64,000 bases of DNA from Eledone cirrhosa (taxonomy: Eukaryota): the NCBI GenBank assembly GCA_964016885.1, contig CAXHJY010001530.1, positions 1-64,000 of the forward strand, in the 5' to 3' direction. The notes beneath the pieces were generated by a model, which did no database searches, was not told where the DNA came from, and saw only the letters and a program-made list of their open reading frames with translations. Positions 1 to 12,515 of the stretch are shown in pieces. Made by a program: the position numbers and the translations under genes. How positions within the stretch are numbered: the first letter of the stretch is position 1; the number at the start of each line of letters is the position of its first letter.

Positions 1-191
1 GGTGTTTTTGATTAATATTCCCTCAACCAACAATATGCCTTATGAAGTTAAGAAAACATAACGATAACCCGAATGTTATAACAAAAGAGGATGCTGGGGA
101 TAGAAACTGCACTGGTTATTTATTAACAAAGATCGAAAATGTAAACACTGCAACGCAGAGAAAAACATTAGCGTAACCAAATTATCAGTTA

Positions 192-283
192 TGTCTGTCT
201 GCACGCCTATATCACCTCTCTGCACGACTGTCTGTCTGCACGCCTATATCACCTCTCTGCACGACTGTCTGTCTGCACGCCTA
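192..283. repeat. 37-bp tandem repeat, about 2.5 copies
   Basis: Unit TGTCTGTCTGCACGCCTATATCACCTCTCTGCACGAC repeated exactly. Confidence 0.9.
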
Positions 284-529
284 ACGAAATTTACAGATAC
301 ATATATTTTAAATAAACTTATATAATTTTTGCTTTTTTTTTACGAAATATTTGCTTGTTTTACGTAGTCTTTAAATAGACTTGTTTTCAAGTAAAAATAT
401 TGTTTTAAAAGGCTTTTAAATGGAAATGAAGCAAAACGGAAGCTTAGTGTTCGAACGTATTATGTTAATGACATTTTAAACGCTGAGAAAGCCAGCGTAA
501 TTTTTTACGTAAGACGCTCAATGTAAACA

Positions 530-738
530 GAACAAAGGGAAATAACTGATAACTTACGCTCAAAAATCGATACATTATATTCGATTTCGTCACATAGGGT
601 GGGTCAATTTGAAATTACTTTTTTGTCCGATGTCTTCGCTCGGGCTCAATGTACAATTATAGCAATTTCGGTGCAATTCCGTGAGAGATTCTAAGAGGAG
701 ATGTGTGCCAAAAATCGATAGACAGACAGACAACCACA

Positions 739-745
<7 letters not shown>
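530..745 (-). mobile_element. 5' end of a non-autonomous Helitron/Helentron-like element (left boundary uncertain, may extend to position 1)
   Basis: Minus strand reads (TA)n-TAAAACTGTGGTTGTCTGTCTGTC, the usual short-Helitron 5' pattern with a (GTCT)n tract; abuts a (TA)n tract. Confidence 0.45.
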
Positions 746-1440
<695 letters not shown>

Positions 1441-3987
1441 ATAAATTTAAAAGTATATTACTTGATACTTTTGACAGTAAGGAAGAGCAATTAGAGACGT
1501 ACAATATAGAGGAACAGTGGGAATTCCTGAAAGCTAATTTACTGAAGGCGGCAGATGAAGTCTGTGGCTGGAGTAGACATATAGGCCGGAGGCTTGGAAA
1601 GTATGGTGGGATGGGGGAAGTAGAGAAGACAATCAAGTGGCCAGGAGGGAAGCTAGGAGACAAGTGTACTTCGCAAGAAGGGAAGCAAAGGAAAGAAAGT
1701 TCAAACATGTTCTACAACGCAAGGACCAAAAACGTGAGGTGTTTAGGATTGCTAGGCAATGTGTCAAGGAAAACCGTAATATTGTTGGGGAGACGTGTGT
1801 CCTTAATGATGATGGCGTACTTGCCATCACTGATGCTGATAAGAAGGTAGCTTGGAAGTGTCACTACGAAAGTCTACTAAATGAGGAGAATAAATGGGAG
1901 AAAGACAGTCTTCTCCACATCGATCCAATAGAGGGACCAGCAGTGCAAGTTAAAGGTAGTATAATAAGTAAGGCAATCAAAGATATGAAGACGGGTAAGG
2001 CAGCTTGTCCTTCGGAAATAGTTGCTGAAATGCTGAAAGCATCTGGAACGTTGGGACACACTATCGTCACCCGGATAGTAAACCAAGTCATACAGAATGG
2101 GGTCGTTTCGAAGGACTGGCGTAGCAGCATCATCATTAACTGCTACAAGGATAAAGGAGATGCCCTAGATAGGGGTAACTATAGAGGCATTAAATTAATC
2201 GACCAAGTCATGAAGGTCACGGAAAAAGTAATAGCGCAACTAACCAGAGAGTGAATTGATCTAGATGAAATGCAGTTCGGGTTTGTGTGAGGTAAAGTAC
2301 CACAGACGCTCTTTTCATTCTACGACAACTACAGGAGAAGTACCTAGCTAAAAGTAAACCCCTATACTTAGCTTTTGTTGACTTGGAGAAAGCCTTTGAC
2401 AGTGTCCCCCGCTCCATTATCTGGTGGGCTCTTAGAAAACTAGGTGTTGATGAATGGCTTGTGAGAGCTCTACAAGCCATGTATAAAGAAACAGTCAGCA
2501 AGGTTAGAATTAACAACGAATATAGTGAAGTGTTTAGCGTAAAAGTTGGTGTTCATCAGGGCTCCGTTCTTAGCCCCCTACTATTTATTATTGCCCTTCA
2601 GGCTATAACAGAGGAGTTCACGACCGGCTGCCCATGGGAACTCCTATACGCAGATGATCTAAAGGTTATAGCTGAATCAATGGCTGAACTAGAGAAGAAA
2701 TTCCAAACACGGAAGCATGGCCTAGAATTAAAAGGCCTTAAAATTAACCTGTCTAAGACTAAAGTTCTAGTTTGTAGGGATGAAAATAGGGCACCGGTCC
2801 CATCCGGGAAATGGCAATGCTCAGTGTGTAGGAAAGGCGTAGGCAGAAACTCCATTTTATGTTCCAAATGCAAAGTATGGGTGCATAAAAGATGTAGTGG
2901 GATCACAGGTAAGCTAACTAAGAATATAGATTTTATATGTGGCTGGTGCTCAGGTGCAATAAATAGCAGCAAGTGCCCACAGAATACTAGCTCATTCCAT
3001 TGCACAGATGGTTCTATAGAAATAGTGGACACCTTCTGTTACCTGGGTGACAAAATCAGCAGTGGTTGAGGGTGCTCCGAAGGTACAGTAGCTAGAGTCA
3101 GAACGGGATGGAAAAATTTCAGAGAGCTTATACCACTATTGGCTGCTAAAGGGTTCTCTCTAAAAATGAAAGGCAGGCTTGCATATGAACAACAATGTTA
3201 CATGGCAGTGAGACGTGGGCATTGTGTGCAGAGGATATATGCAGACTGGGGAGGAACGAAGCTTGCATGCTCCGCTGGATGTGTAATAGTATTATACGTG
3301 AATGGCAAAGCATAAATGAACTAAGGGAGAAATTAGGAATAAGTGGGATCAGATGTTGTTTACTCGAGAGAAGACTACGTTGGTATGGTCACGTGATGCG
3401 CATGAAAGATGACAGCTGTATAAAAAAGTGCAGGGCGATCAAAATAGACGGTAGCCACAGAGTAGGCAGAAACAGAAAATCCTGGGACGACTTGATAAAT
3501 TCCGACCTCACACACTTACACCTCTCCAAGACAATGTCACTGGACCGAGATCTTTGGCACTACACAGTAATACAGAAGACCCGCCTTGCCTAAGTGCAAA
3601 GCGTAACCTACAGTCGGTAGGCACCTCTTAACAAAAATACACCCCCCGTCCCACTACCCCACACCCTCATCCACACCACCCCTTTCGATGTAAAGTTATG
3701 TTGGTACCACAACATCCAGTCCGAAATAAATGAGGTCGTGTAGGTGTCACAACAAAAAAACACAGTCCACGCTGTAATGTGGCCATGTATGTAACACGGT
3801 ATAAACCTCTCAGTTCCACACTGTAAACGTGGTTGGTGTTAGGAAGGGCATCCAGCCGTAGAAAACCTGCCAGACAGTCCTATACGAGCAAGACAAGCAA
3901 TCTTGCCTCAAGTGGGAAAATTCCCGTCCAAACCCATGCAAGCGTGGAAGATGGACGTTAAAAGATGATGATGATGATGATGATGAT
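1441..3987 (+). mobile_element. RTE-clade LINE, 5'-truncated and pseudogenised (RT, PHD-like finger, 3' UTR, (GAT)n tail)
   Basis: ORFs 1637-2254, 2383-3069 and 3195-3593 give RT motifs NYRGIKL, DLEKAFD, GVHQGSVLSPLLF and LLYADD, a C4HC3-like finger and RRLRWYGHVMR; in-frame stops and frameshifts; ends in GATGATGAT. Confidence 0.92.
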
Positions 3988-4100
3988 ATATATATATATT
4001 ATATATATATAGATGATATATATATATATTATATATATATAGATGATATATATATATATTATATATATATAGATGATATATATATATATTATATATATAT
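3982..4100. repeat. 30-bp tandem repeat (GATGAT plus TA tract), about 4 copies, expanded from the LINE tail junction
   Basis: GATGATATATATATATATTATATATATATA repeated. Confidence 0.8.
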
Positions 4101-4479
4101 AATATATTATATATTATATATATATATGTATATAAATATTCCTTATTATATAATCATCTTTTAGCATCTGCATTTCCTTGCTGGCATAGGTTGGGTGGGT
4201 CATGACAAACCAAGTTAATACTTAATCAAAGTTACACTCCTCCCAGATTGGCTGTGGGCCACATCTCACTTCTATTTTATGCACTCAATTGCTGTGTATG
4301 ATCACCTCTCCCTTTTCCCTACTTCCAAATGTTGTCTAGAAAACCATGTATGATCCACAACTTTATATAAAAGTTCCCAAAAGTGTCAGAAAAAGAATGA
4401 CATTAGTAGGGATAGTTTTCTCCCTAAGATTATGTGTTGTATTTTCATGTGCTACAAGATATTTGTTCTATAATCTGAT

Positions 4480-4850
4480 TGGGTCTTAGGAACAAGGGAT
4501 AGATGAGAGGATTCTGAGAGCTGCACAAACCATGAACAGAGATACAATCAGCAGGTTATTGTTAACAATGAGTATATAGACACGTTTAGCATGCAGATAT
4601 GTTTCACCAAATCTGTCTTCTTGGTCTCCTTGCCTTCACTATGATCTTCCAGACCACAACAGAAGAGTTTAAGAGAAGCTGTCCATGGAAACTCCTATAT
4701 ATAGATGGCCCAGTTGTCGTAGCTGAATCTAGAGAGGAACTAGAGAATAAACTCCAGACTTGGAAGCAAAATCTGGAGTCATGTTGCTTCAGAGTTAATT
4801 TAGTGAAGAGCAAAAGTCATAGAAGTAGGAAATATGACAGGGCCCTCCCA
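4480..4850 (+). mobile_element. Old degenerate RTE LINE RT fragment
   Basis: ORF 4599-4880 (TEEFKRSCPWKLLYIDG...LENKLQTWKQNLES) is homologous to the RTE at 2600-2780. Confidence 0.75.
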
Positions 4851-5194
4851 TATTTGACTTCCCCATCAGTCACTATCTAAATCTTCCCTCTTTCCTAATC
4901 CCCACTTTATTCCTTCCTCCCACTTGTATCCTTCATTCTGCGTTTTTCATCCAAACCATGCTCACATGGAAAGTGGATGCACCACACAATACACTACCAG
5001 ACATCATTCACTCTCATCAAGGCCCCATCATTACCCAGCATTTACTTTCCTCCTCCATATCTCATTGTGGGATGACACCCTTCCTTGAATAGCAGCATAT
5101 ATCTGGTTGCCACCCAACACCACCCCATCACTCTCATCTTAGATCTCCACTCTCATCACTGCCTTTCTCATTCAGGACAGGGGAGAGTGCTAGG

Positions 5195-5410
5195 ATGATA
5201 AAATAGTTGTCCTGGTGCCATGATAAAATGAACCTGATAAATTCTTTAAAACATTGGCATTTGAAAGGACATCCAGTCATAGAAACCATGTCAAAATAGT
5301 ACATATGAGTAATATATAGTCATCTGACTCATCTATTCTTAGAACATGACAACCCCCTTCAAACAAAGAAAAGAACGTAGATGTAAAATGGTGATGATGA
5401 TGATGATGAT
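5195..5410 (+). mobile_element. Degenerate SINE or RTE 3' end with (GAT)n tail
   Basis: GGTGCCATGATAAAA...GGCATTTGAAAGGACATCCAGTCATAGAAACC and ATGGTGATGATGATG match the SINE at 23551-23911. Confidence 0.6.
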
Positions 5411-7478
5411 ATATGTACTTGTTAATAAGACACATATCAATTCCACGGAGTATACCATAATAAGTCTTAGCTCAGTAGACCACTTGGTATGGGTTTCCTA
5501 TTTTAAGGGTCCTATTCCTCCTAAATTCTAATCACCCTCCTCCTTTACCTCTCCTATCTCTTCTACAACACCAGAGCTCTTGCCATCCCTCCCTTTCCCA
5601 TTCTTTTCTTTCTTTCTCTATTTCTTTTTTTCTCTATTTCCCTATTCTTTCTTTCCTTTTGCCCCCCCCCCCCCCCCCCCCACACTCTTTTTTTTTCCTT
5701 ACTAAGTAAGGTTTGTTTTTTTGCTTTTGAATAAATTATTTGACATGTAATATACAGGTTGACAATCTTCCTTAATATTTGAACTAAGCATTTTGAGAAA
5801 TTGTCATTTATTCTGTATCATTTAAGTACATTATGCTCATGTTTAAACAATCCAAACAAAATGAAATGTATATGCTGCATGGCAAACTGCTTAAGAAGTT
5901 TGCATCACGTTTGTTAGGTCCCACTGCATGGAATCTTGGGCAAGTCTCATTTACCCATGTATTGTCAAACACTCTGTCATGCTGCCTCTGAAGATTACAT
6001 AAAGGATATGTCTTTGGAATGTTCAGCCCCTTATACATTAATTATACGAGCAGGCTGTTTCATTTATCAAAAAATTGGAATACTCATCATCTAAGAGAGA
6101 TTAATTCAAATATGAATCATATATATTTAGCAGAGATTACTAAAATACTTAATGGACAATTTAAAATGGTGATTACAGTTCATGGTGGGTATGAACCTAT
6201 TACTAGCTTTATATGGGCTTGTAGAAGGGCTTGATGTCAGTAGAAAAGTTGTCAGTAGAAAAGTTTACTTTTCTACTGACATCAAACTACAGAGGTTAAA
6301 GTTGAACATCATGTACATCAATCATACCATACTGGGAGGACATACAAATTACATGAGTACCAACTCTGCCTCTTCTCCCTAAATAACAGTGAAACAAAAT
6401 GTTCTAGGCATTGGGTTATCATAATTAACACCTCTACACTTACAAGCTGCACCAGCTTGATTGCTTACACATGTATCAAAAATCTTGTATGTATGTACAT
6501 ATGTACATTCGTATGTATGCATATATATATATATATGTGTGTATGTATGCATACATGTGTGTATGAATGGGAGGACAGTTCTTAAACATGATCTTCAGGA
6601 AAAGAATGCAGATGAAAGAAAGATAAAGAGGTAGGTTGATAGATAGTTCTTTTAAGAATTAATTCTTTAGATTTAAACAGAATTAAATATCATAAACTTT
6701 GGATACTTGCATATACATACAGATGCACATATTCACATGCATGTATATATATTTTAATAGTATTAATCATAGTTAATATCTTAAAATATGGATCTGTACT
6801 TAATGCATTATAATATACAAGACTGGCACGCAAATAGTTTAAAAGAAGAGAAAAAGAAAGAGCATATGTGTGTATGTTATTTATTAAATATATTTATATT
6901 TGTATATATTTATAACCAGATGAAGAAGATATTACGTATGAGATAATCATGAATTTAAAGTTACAATTTGTACTGTTATTTATTAATGTTTTGGGAGTTT
7001 TGTATCTTTTTAAAGTGAAGTTTATAATCACTGATTATTTATTTATAAATATATAAAATATATAATGTTTTATTTTTTAAATATGAAATAATAAAACAGA
7101 CAGATATAATTGACTACAAAATCAAAAAGTCAAATAAGATACGTTTTCTTTTTGAATATTACTATAAACTGTCATTTCCCTTACGATTGACCTCTAAATC
7201 TGTGTATTTGTTATTTCTATTGTATATACTTATATATGTGTATAAGTATTGTATACGTATGCAGTCTTTTATTGAACAGGACACAAGAAATCTGTCCTTT
7301 TGATCGTAATGTTTAAATAGCACATGTAGTCTTGACTGCTAACTATGCTTACTGGTATGCACATATGCACATGAATATATATGCACATAGACATGCAGAG
7401 ACATTTTTATGTGTATATACATATAATAAAATTATGCATTCATATATGCAGGTGTTGAAACAGAAAAATGGCTTAATG

Positions 7479-7527
<49 letters not shown>

Positions 7528-7556
7528 GTGGTTACACAACAGTTAGTTCACCATAG

Positions 7557-7594
7557 CGAGAACAAGTGTTTCACCTTAGCGGATCCTCAGCTCG
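7557..7594 (-). ncRNA. Minimal type I hammerhead ribozyme (inverted terminal-repeat copy)
   Basis: Minus strand: CGAG-CUGAGGA-uCCgcuaaGGu-GAAA-CACUUG-UU-CUCG; stem I CGAG/CUCG, predicted cleavage triplet GUU. Confidence 0.75.
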
Positions 7595-8079
7595 TAATGG
7601 ACATGGTTATACGGAACAGGAATGACAACTGTACCTTTAGGTACCCGGACAGACGTTCATCCACGAAACTCGCAAGCCACGTATGGTCTCTGAAGGACTC
7701 AAGTATAGACTACTCCATTCAATGGAAAGCCATCACTAAGTCCAAGCCATACGCAAGGGGAAATCCGTCGTGTGGACTATGTATTGATGAATGAATAAAT
7801 ATTTTAAAGAGATTATGCAATAGTGATTGCCTAAACACAAGTAATGAATTCTTCACAAGTTGTCCACACGTCTCGAAACACCTCTTACATAACTGCAAAG
7901 CTCCGGATTGAATCACAACAACATCCTAATTTTCTTATCAACTAGAAACTTTTCGGACTTTTGCAGTTATCTCCCTTACACCTCTCGTACGCTTTTTAGT
8001 ATTGCCCGTGTGAAGAGACGGTTTCTGCGCATGCGCGTCCATACAGTTGTCCTTCCTGTTCCGTATAACATGTCCATTA

Positions 8080-8117
8080 CGAGCTGAGGATCCGCTAAGG
8101 TGAAACACTTGTTCTTG
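8080..8117 (+). ncRNA. Minimal type I hammerhead ribozyme in PLE terminal repeat
   Basis: CGAG-CUGAGGA-uCCgcuaaGGu-GAAA-CACUUG-UU-CUUG; stem I has one G.U wobble. Confidence 0.75.
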
Positions 8118-8226
8118 GTATAGTGAACTAACTTTTGTGTAACCACTTCTACCTAACTCGTCCCATGGATTGAGTGCTCTACCACTACGGATATTACCTT
8201 CCAGTTTTCTACCACTATATATATAG

Positions 8227-9249
8227 TGGACAGAATCTCTAGATACTCTGGATGAGTTCAATATCCTCCTGAATAACCTACACCCATCTCTCCAATTCAC
8301 AAAAGAGATGAGTAGGACCAAATTACCATTCCTAGATATAATGATAATCAAAAACGACACCACCATTACCACGGATATATATTATAAACACACAGACACC
8401 CATCAATATCTGAATTTTAAGTCGTGCCATCCACCTCATACAAAACGCAACATCCCATACTGCCTAGCCAGAAGAATTTGTACCATTGTAGAAGATACGA
8501 ATACCAGGTACAAACGTCTAACAGAACTAAGAGAATTTTTGCTCAAACAAAAATACCCATCTCTACTTATAGAAAATGGCATACAGCGGGCTATAAAAAT
8601 ACCTATACAACAACTTAGAACAACCCAAGGAAGAAGAAACCAAGAACTGGTCATACCATTTATAATGACACACAACTCATGTCACCAGAATATCTTCAAC
8701 ACTGCCAAAGCAAACCTACCGATCATTGCTCAAAGTAATGAATTAAAAGGCTTAACCACAGATCGATCTTTGACTCTTAGTAAATGACAGCCAAAAAATT
8801 TGAAGCAATTGCTAACAAAAGCAAAGTTTGGCCTTAACAACAAAGACCAATCATTCACTGTATCTAAATGCAATGATAATCGATGCGGCACATGTCAATC
8901 CATACACGCCGGTCAATATATGAAAACAAAAACTGGAAAAATATTCCTAAATGCAAATATGAACTGCAAAAGCAGAAATCTAATTTACTGCATTAAATGC
9001 CCGAATTGTGAAGAACTATATGTCGGTCAAACTGGAAATGCACTATCGGAACGTGCACGGGTACACCGTAGACAAATCAGAGACCCAAATGTCCGTCAGA
9101 TACCCCTAAGCGGCCACCTGGCAACATGTGGTCAGGGAATATTTATAATATTCCCATTCTACAAATTACACAGCCCAAGTGAAATCAAGAGAAAAATCAA
9201 AGAAAAGAATTTTATTGATAAATTCAAACCCAAGCTAAATGAACAATAA
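8227..9249 (+). pseudogene. PLE RT/GIY-YIG ORF remnant with one in-frame TGA at 8785-8787
   Basis: ORFs 8308-8787 and 8800-9249 share a frame; SK*QPKNLK suggests a CGA>TGA change. Confidence 0.85.
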
Positions 9250-9454
9250 TAACGCCTAGGGGTATTACTTTCACTACCACTATGACCACGACCACTAACA
9301 ACAACAACAACAACAATAATAATAATAATAAAAGTGATGTTGATGGTGATGATTAATAGAAAATGCTATTTTCATCATTTCAAAAAAAAGCAAAACAATT
9401 GATACGTTGGATATGACTATTGGTCGTTAGCATGCTCAACCAGCCGTGACGCTT

Positions 9455-9560
9455 AAACCAATCAGCTGTAGTAATTCAGTGAAACTACACACTGATTGGT
9501 CGAAATACAGTTTACAGGGCTTTGCATTCTGGAGCCACTTTTCTCTGTATAAAAGGTAGG
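9455..9560 (+). promoter_or_regulatory. Putative Pol II promoter of the PLE terminal repeat (inverted CCAAT pair plus TATA box)
   Basis: ACCAATCAG near 9458, CTGATTGGT near 9492 and TATAAAAGG near 9548, about 70 nt upstream of the HHR. Confidence 0.4.
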
Positions 9561-9617
9561 AAATTTACCCATCTCATTACAGTTGAAAATTGCAAACTCG
9601 ACTGTCACCACATATCA

Positions 9618-9656
9618 TGAACCTGAAGATTGCGAAAGCATGAAAGTACTTGTTCA
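9618..9656 (+). ncRNA. Minimal type I hammerhead ribozyme in Neptune-like PLE terminal repeat
   Basis: UGAAC-CUGAAGA-uUGCgaaaGCAu-GAAA-GUAC-UU-GUUCA; perfect 5-bp stem I, GAAA-capped stem II, palindromic AGUACU stem III. Confidence 0.85.
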
Positions 9657-9826
9657 ATTAACACTTAGAATTTAATATTCTATCATACTATTTCATTATA
9701 ATACCATTATATATATTTTAAAGGATTGTAAATAAAACGAGTAAATCAGACAAAGTTGGAATTCCTCTTATTAATATAATCTTCTATACACAATCATACA
9801 CACCCGTGTATATTTACCTATCTATA

Positions 9827-9928
<102 letters not shown>

Positions 9929-10676
9929 CATGAAACAACTAAGGTATGAATCAAAATTGTAGCTGTAATCGAATTGTTTGAGGCTGCCACAGAATATTCA
10001 TTGGTGTAAAATGTTAATAGATTGTTTGCCTTATAAATTGTGACACAATGAATAAAATGAAAAGTGTGACACAATGAATAAATTGTCTAGGTGTACATGG
10101 CCATAATATATAGCCACAATAAACAAAAATAGGAACTAGTGTCCCACCCTTGCAAGCAGGGAAAAGCAGACGTAAAATGATGATGATAGTGGAAGACTAA
10201 CCTGGACTGTTTTGAATCGATGAACTAGTTTGATTGGTTTCTGGGACACTGGGAAAAGTGTGTCACATGTTACAAAATGCACATGCAAGACGTAAGTGCC
10301 CCAAGCAAGTTATTATATAATGAACTGTTGTATAACAACTTGCTAGGGGTCCAGGTATAATTTTCAATCATATTTTATTATTTGTTTGACCTGAATAGCT
10401 TGGTCGTTTCTATGGCTTTGCTGATAATGGTTTATCCATCGTCTCAGTGTGTTTGGCCTTTTAACATACGTTGTTGCTCTAGTTCACTAGTTTCTAAGGA
10501 GCGCTTACCACACATCTCGGAAGTTGTTTTTCGCTAATTTCCAATAGCTGAAATGCGATTCTTGCTAATTTATATTTATATATATATATATATTTATTAA
10601 AATAACAGTTTAAGCAAAGAATCGCTGCTTTCACCCTTAACAGGATCTTCAAATTTATTATTATTACTATATATAT

Positions 10677-10713
<37 letters not shown>

Positions 10714-11210
10714 GATGTGCAGAAAATTGCATGAAGTTTGTTGGAATAACATGTGCCCTTACACAAACTTATATACATGAATATTCAAACATTAATCACG
10801 TTTATTTAAATAAATAAACATACACTTTGTATAGAAATATTTAACTATATTTATATATAATCATATATATATATCATTTGCATTCAAACATACATTTGTT
10901 GTGTACAATCTTGAAAACAGGATTATATTTTCCCCCTTGTTTCTCATATTCTAAGACAGTAATCTTTATTTTTATGTGCAGATTATGATGGATAAAAACC
11001 AAACTGATGTTATGTTTTTCCTATATAATGCCTCAATGAATTTTGGGGTCTAAATATATTCACATTTTTCATGAATTTGCCTGGATTTATTTTTATTTGC
11101 ATTTAATAAGACTTTATAACTTTACATATGGATGTGATGTGCATATATATATATATTTCATGTTTACAATGTATATATATATATATTTACATACTTATAT
11201 AGATTTATAT

Positions 11211-11605
11211 ATCATCATCATCATCATCACCGTTTTACGTCCGTTCTTCCACGCTAGCATGGGTTAGACGGGTTGTCCTGTTGTGGGCAGTGTCTGGTCG
11301 GCTGACCATGCCTTGCTCATACAGGAACTGATCTGGCTTGATTTCTACAGCTGGATGCCCTTCCTAACACCAACCTCATTTACAGTGAGTGCTGGGTGCT
11401 TTTTTGCCGTGGCACCTCCATGACCACTTTGCAGTGGAATGATATGGACCCCAGTCCCTATCATCTCATTTCTACAGCTGAGTAAACTGGAGCAATGTGA
11501 AATAAAGTGTCTTGCTCAAGGAAACAACACATCACCCGGTGTGAGAATTGAACTCACAACCTCTCGATTGCAAGGCCAATGCTCTAACTACTAAGCCATA
11601 TGCCT
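11211..11605 (-). mobile_element. tRNA-derived SINE with RTE-like 3' tail (Ceph-SINE-like)
   Basis: Minus strand: A box TGGCTTAGTAGTTAGAGC, B box GTTCAATTC, central CTTGAGCAAGACACTTTATTTCACATTGCTCCAG, GGTGTTAGGAAGGGCATCCAGC and a (GAT)n tail. Confidence 0.85.
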
Positions 11606-11965
<360 letters not shown>

Positions 11966-12015
11966 CAATTCAGGCACTCAACGTACTTTTTCCAAGTAGG
12001 AATGACGGATATATT

Positions 12016-12295
12016 TAGAATAAGAAAATGCAAAGTAGTTTCAGATGTTAAAATCCTTTATTGATAAGGCTGTGATACAGGTAAAGGCTCCTAGAACATC
12101 ATCTTTGTACATTACCTTGTTGTTTCAATTTGGATTGCCTTGGGAATGTAACCTTTTAATGTAAGAAGCTGTCTGATGAAATCATGGCACTGGGTACGCG
12201 GAACTGCGTGGCCACTGTCGTCATTGAAATATGTCTCATGGCCTTATCAATAAAGGATTTTAACATCTGAAACTACTTCGCATTTTCTTATTCTA
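12016..12295 (+). mobile_element. Short non-coding element with about 63-bp terminal inverted repeats enclosing a hammerhead ribozyme (PLE-derived or retrozyme-like)
   Basis: 12016-12078 is the reverse complement of about 12233-12295; HHR at 12168-12242; lies between (TA)n tracts. Confidence 0.75.
12168..12242 (+). ncRNA. Type I hammerhead ribozyme with long stem II
   Basis: GCUGU-CUGAUGA-[46-nt hairpin]-GAAA-UAUGUC-UC-AUGGC; the inverted arm preserves the better-paired version UGUAUC-ACAGC. Confidence 0.72.
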
Positions 12296-12296
12296 T

Positions 12297-12350
<54 letters not shown>

Positions 12351-12355
<5 letters not shown>

Positions 12356-12515
12356 AACGAGTGGCACTCCGATGGCTGAGCTCAGAATTAGCCATCGAAA
12401 CGGCTTGAGCTCAGCTGTCGGGGTCCCACTCGTTGCTATTACCCACTCTACTACCCTATGTATTGAGTACTTTGGTGCGTTATGGTCCACCTGGTTCCTT
12501 ACCACATTTCCTTCG

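Larger units (their letters stand above)
7523..8221 (+). mobile_element. 5'-truncated Penelope-like element (Naiad-like endonuclease C-terminus) with a 5' inverted copy of its terminal repeat
   Basis: 7523-7633 is the reverse complement of 8042-8151; 7634-7911 encodes KLASHVWSLKD..YSIQWKAI..SKPY..CGLCIDE..LN..E..CPH, homologous to ORF 44421-44804; flanked by (TA)n. Confidence 0.82.
8225..9810 (+). mobile_element. Penelope-like retroelement, Neptune-like, 5'-truncated (RT C-terminus, Cys linker, GIY-YIG endonuclease, 3' terminal repeat)
   Basis: LPFLDI, YYKHTD..YL..SCHP.H, CNDNRCGTC linker and NLIYCIKCPNC..YVGQT..R..H GIY-YIG motifs; 3' region carries CCAAT boxes, TATAAAA and an HHR. Confidence 0.9.

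Noticed and set aside
192-283. 37-bp repeats as a CRISPR array
   Set aside because: Head-to-tail repeats with no unique spacers, in a eukaryotic context with no cas genes.
5808-6100. Short minus-strand ORFs at 5808-6038, 21204-21428 and 58562-58840 as host exons
   Set aside because: No recognisable domain, upstream in-frame stops and no consistent splice-site pairs.
8785-8787. In-frame TGA in the PLE ORF as a possible selenocysteine codon (reported for some Naiad PLEs)
   Set aside because: It falls where Arg is expected (SK-R-QPKNL), so CGA>TGA deamination is simpler; it is not a conserved Cys position and I saw no SECIS. The TGA at 7792-7794 is likewise not at a Cys position.
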